From positions 56,916,001-56,980,000 of the forward strand of contig NC_083279.1 of NCBI RefSeq assembly GCF_963506605.1: 64,000 bases of DNA, written 5' to 3'. The notes beneath the pieces are model-generated. The model was not told where the DNA came from, did no database searches, and was given only the letters and a program-made list of their open reading frames with translations. The first letter of the stretch is position 1, and each line of letters starts with the position of its first letter. A program made the position numbers and the translations under genes. Shown piece by piece: positions 62,936 through 64,000 of the stretch. This DNA is from Zootoca vivipara. Its lineage: Eukaryota.

Positions 62936-64000
62936 TACAGAAATATGGGACAATTTCCCTAGAAGAACTAGCAAAAATGGTAGAACCTCTTGCATTGAAC
63001 GGGGCTGCACTGTTGTGCCACAGTCACTATATTTGGCCCTGAGGCATCATGATTTCCTATTTGTTGAGAGCCAGAGGATGTTTACGCATGTGACAAATCT
63101 CACTATATTCAATGGGCCTTATTCGCTAGTAAGCAAGTCTAGGATTGCAGACTTAAACCTTCATATTATCTTTGCTGTGACCCTATTTTAGTTTAACAGA
63201 AAAGGTTTTTCCTAATTTGACTATTAATCTTGGTGCCAGACTGATGAATTTTCTCTCTCGAGTCCTTTAATTTAGCCACAACAAAATGCACATGTAGTAT
63301 ATTCACTTATGTGTCAGAAGTAATATATATTAATCACTGTGGTTGTCTGCTTTAGGGCACAGAATTTGTAAAACTCTTACTGGCTGCTCATCCTAGTTGT
63401 CTAATATCTTTGAGAAGAGTGACCCTGGATCCCTTTAAAGTCACAGAGAATTGTGGTTAAAGGTCACAGGAGATTTAGGATGTCACTATGTGTATGCTGG
63501 TTAACCATGCTCCAGCTCTGTATAAACAGCTTATTGTTTAAGCTCCCTGTCCCTAGCCTTATTTCTAGCACAGCAGAGTCATATAAGGGCATACAATTGT
63601 TGCACCAATTACTCATTGTCAGATAATTCTGGTGGCGCTTTCTCATGCCATCTTGTGTGCTGTTGCTATACTACACCTTGGGCTATTTGCTTTCACATCC
63701 AGTCCCAAGGGGACTGATTCATGCGGATGCAGATTCACAGGGGGCGGGGATGATAATTTTTTAAACCAAGCACAAGCCCATGTGGATGAACAGCAAAGAG
63801 ATGGTATGTCCTTTCTCTCTCAATTTGCTTGATTGGTTTGTAGCTTATTTCAAGCCAACTGCAATAACGCATCTTGTCTTGGACAAGACTGGCTGATTAG
63901 CTTCTGGATGTGATAACTGGATAATTCCTTGGGCATTTCCTTCCCCTTAGAAAATTCAGTTTAGAATGATGGGTTCTTTTGAGTTGTCTGGTAAAGAACG

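Overview
Vertebrate genomic DNA, almost certainly a squamate (lizard), judged from its BovB, L2, CR1, L1, Squam3-like SINE and hAT/Tigger MITE content. The only intact host gene is the 3' end of the coding exon of NRIP1 (RIP140 nuclear-receptor corepressor, <1-948, +). It is followed by a ~4.9 kb 3'UTR ending near AATAAA at 5834. The remaining ~58 kb is gene-poor, transposon-rich sequence with two 142-N gaps. Most notable: (i) a TSD-flanked ~2.1 kb L1-like retroelement with no RT and only a short acidic/coiled-coil ORF (58548-60628); (ii) a probable decayed endogenous-retrovirus env remnant (~32-34 kb); (iii) three degenerate exon-like paralogous modules at 24.0-25.4 kb, possibly part of a decayed unannotated gene; (iv) a ~750 bp palindrome hosting two nested MITEs (37.6-38.3 kb). 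No prokaryotic features, CRISPR arrays, tRNA or rRNA genes were seen. All family assignments come from reading the sequence by eye, not from database searches.
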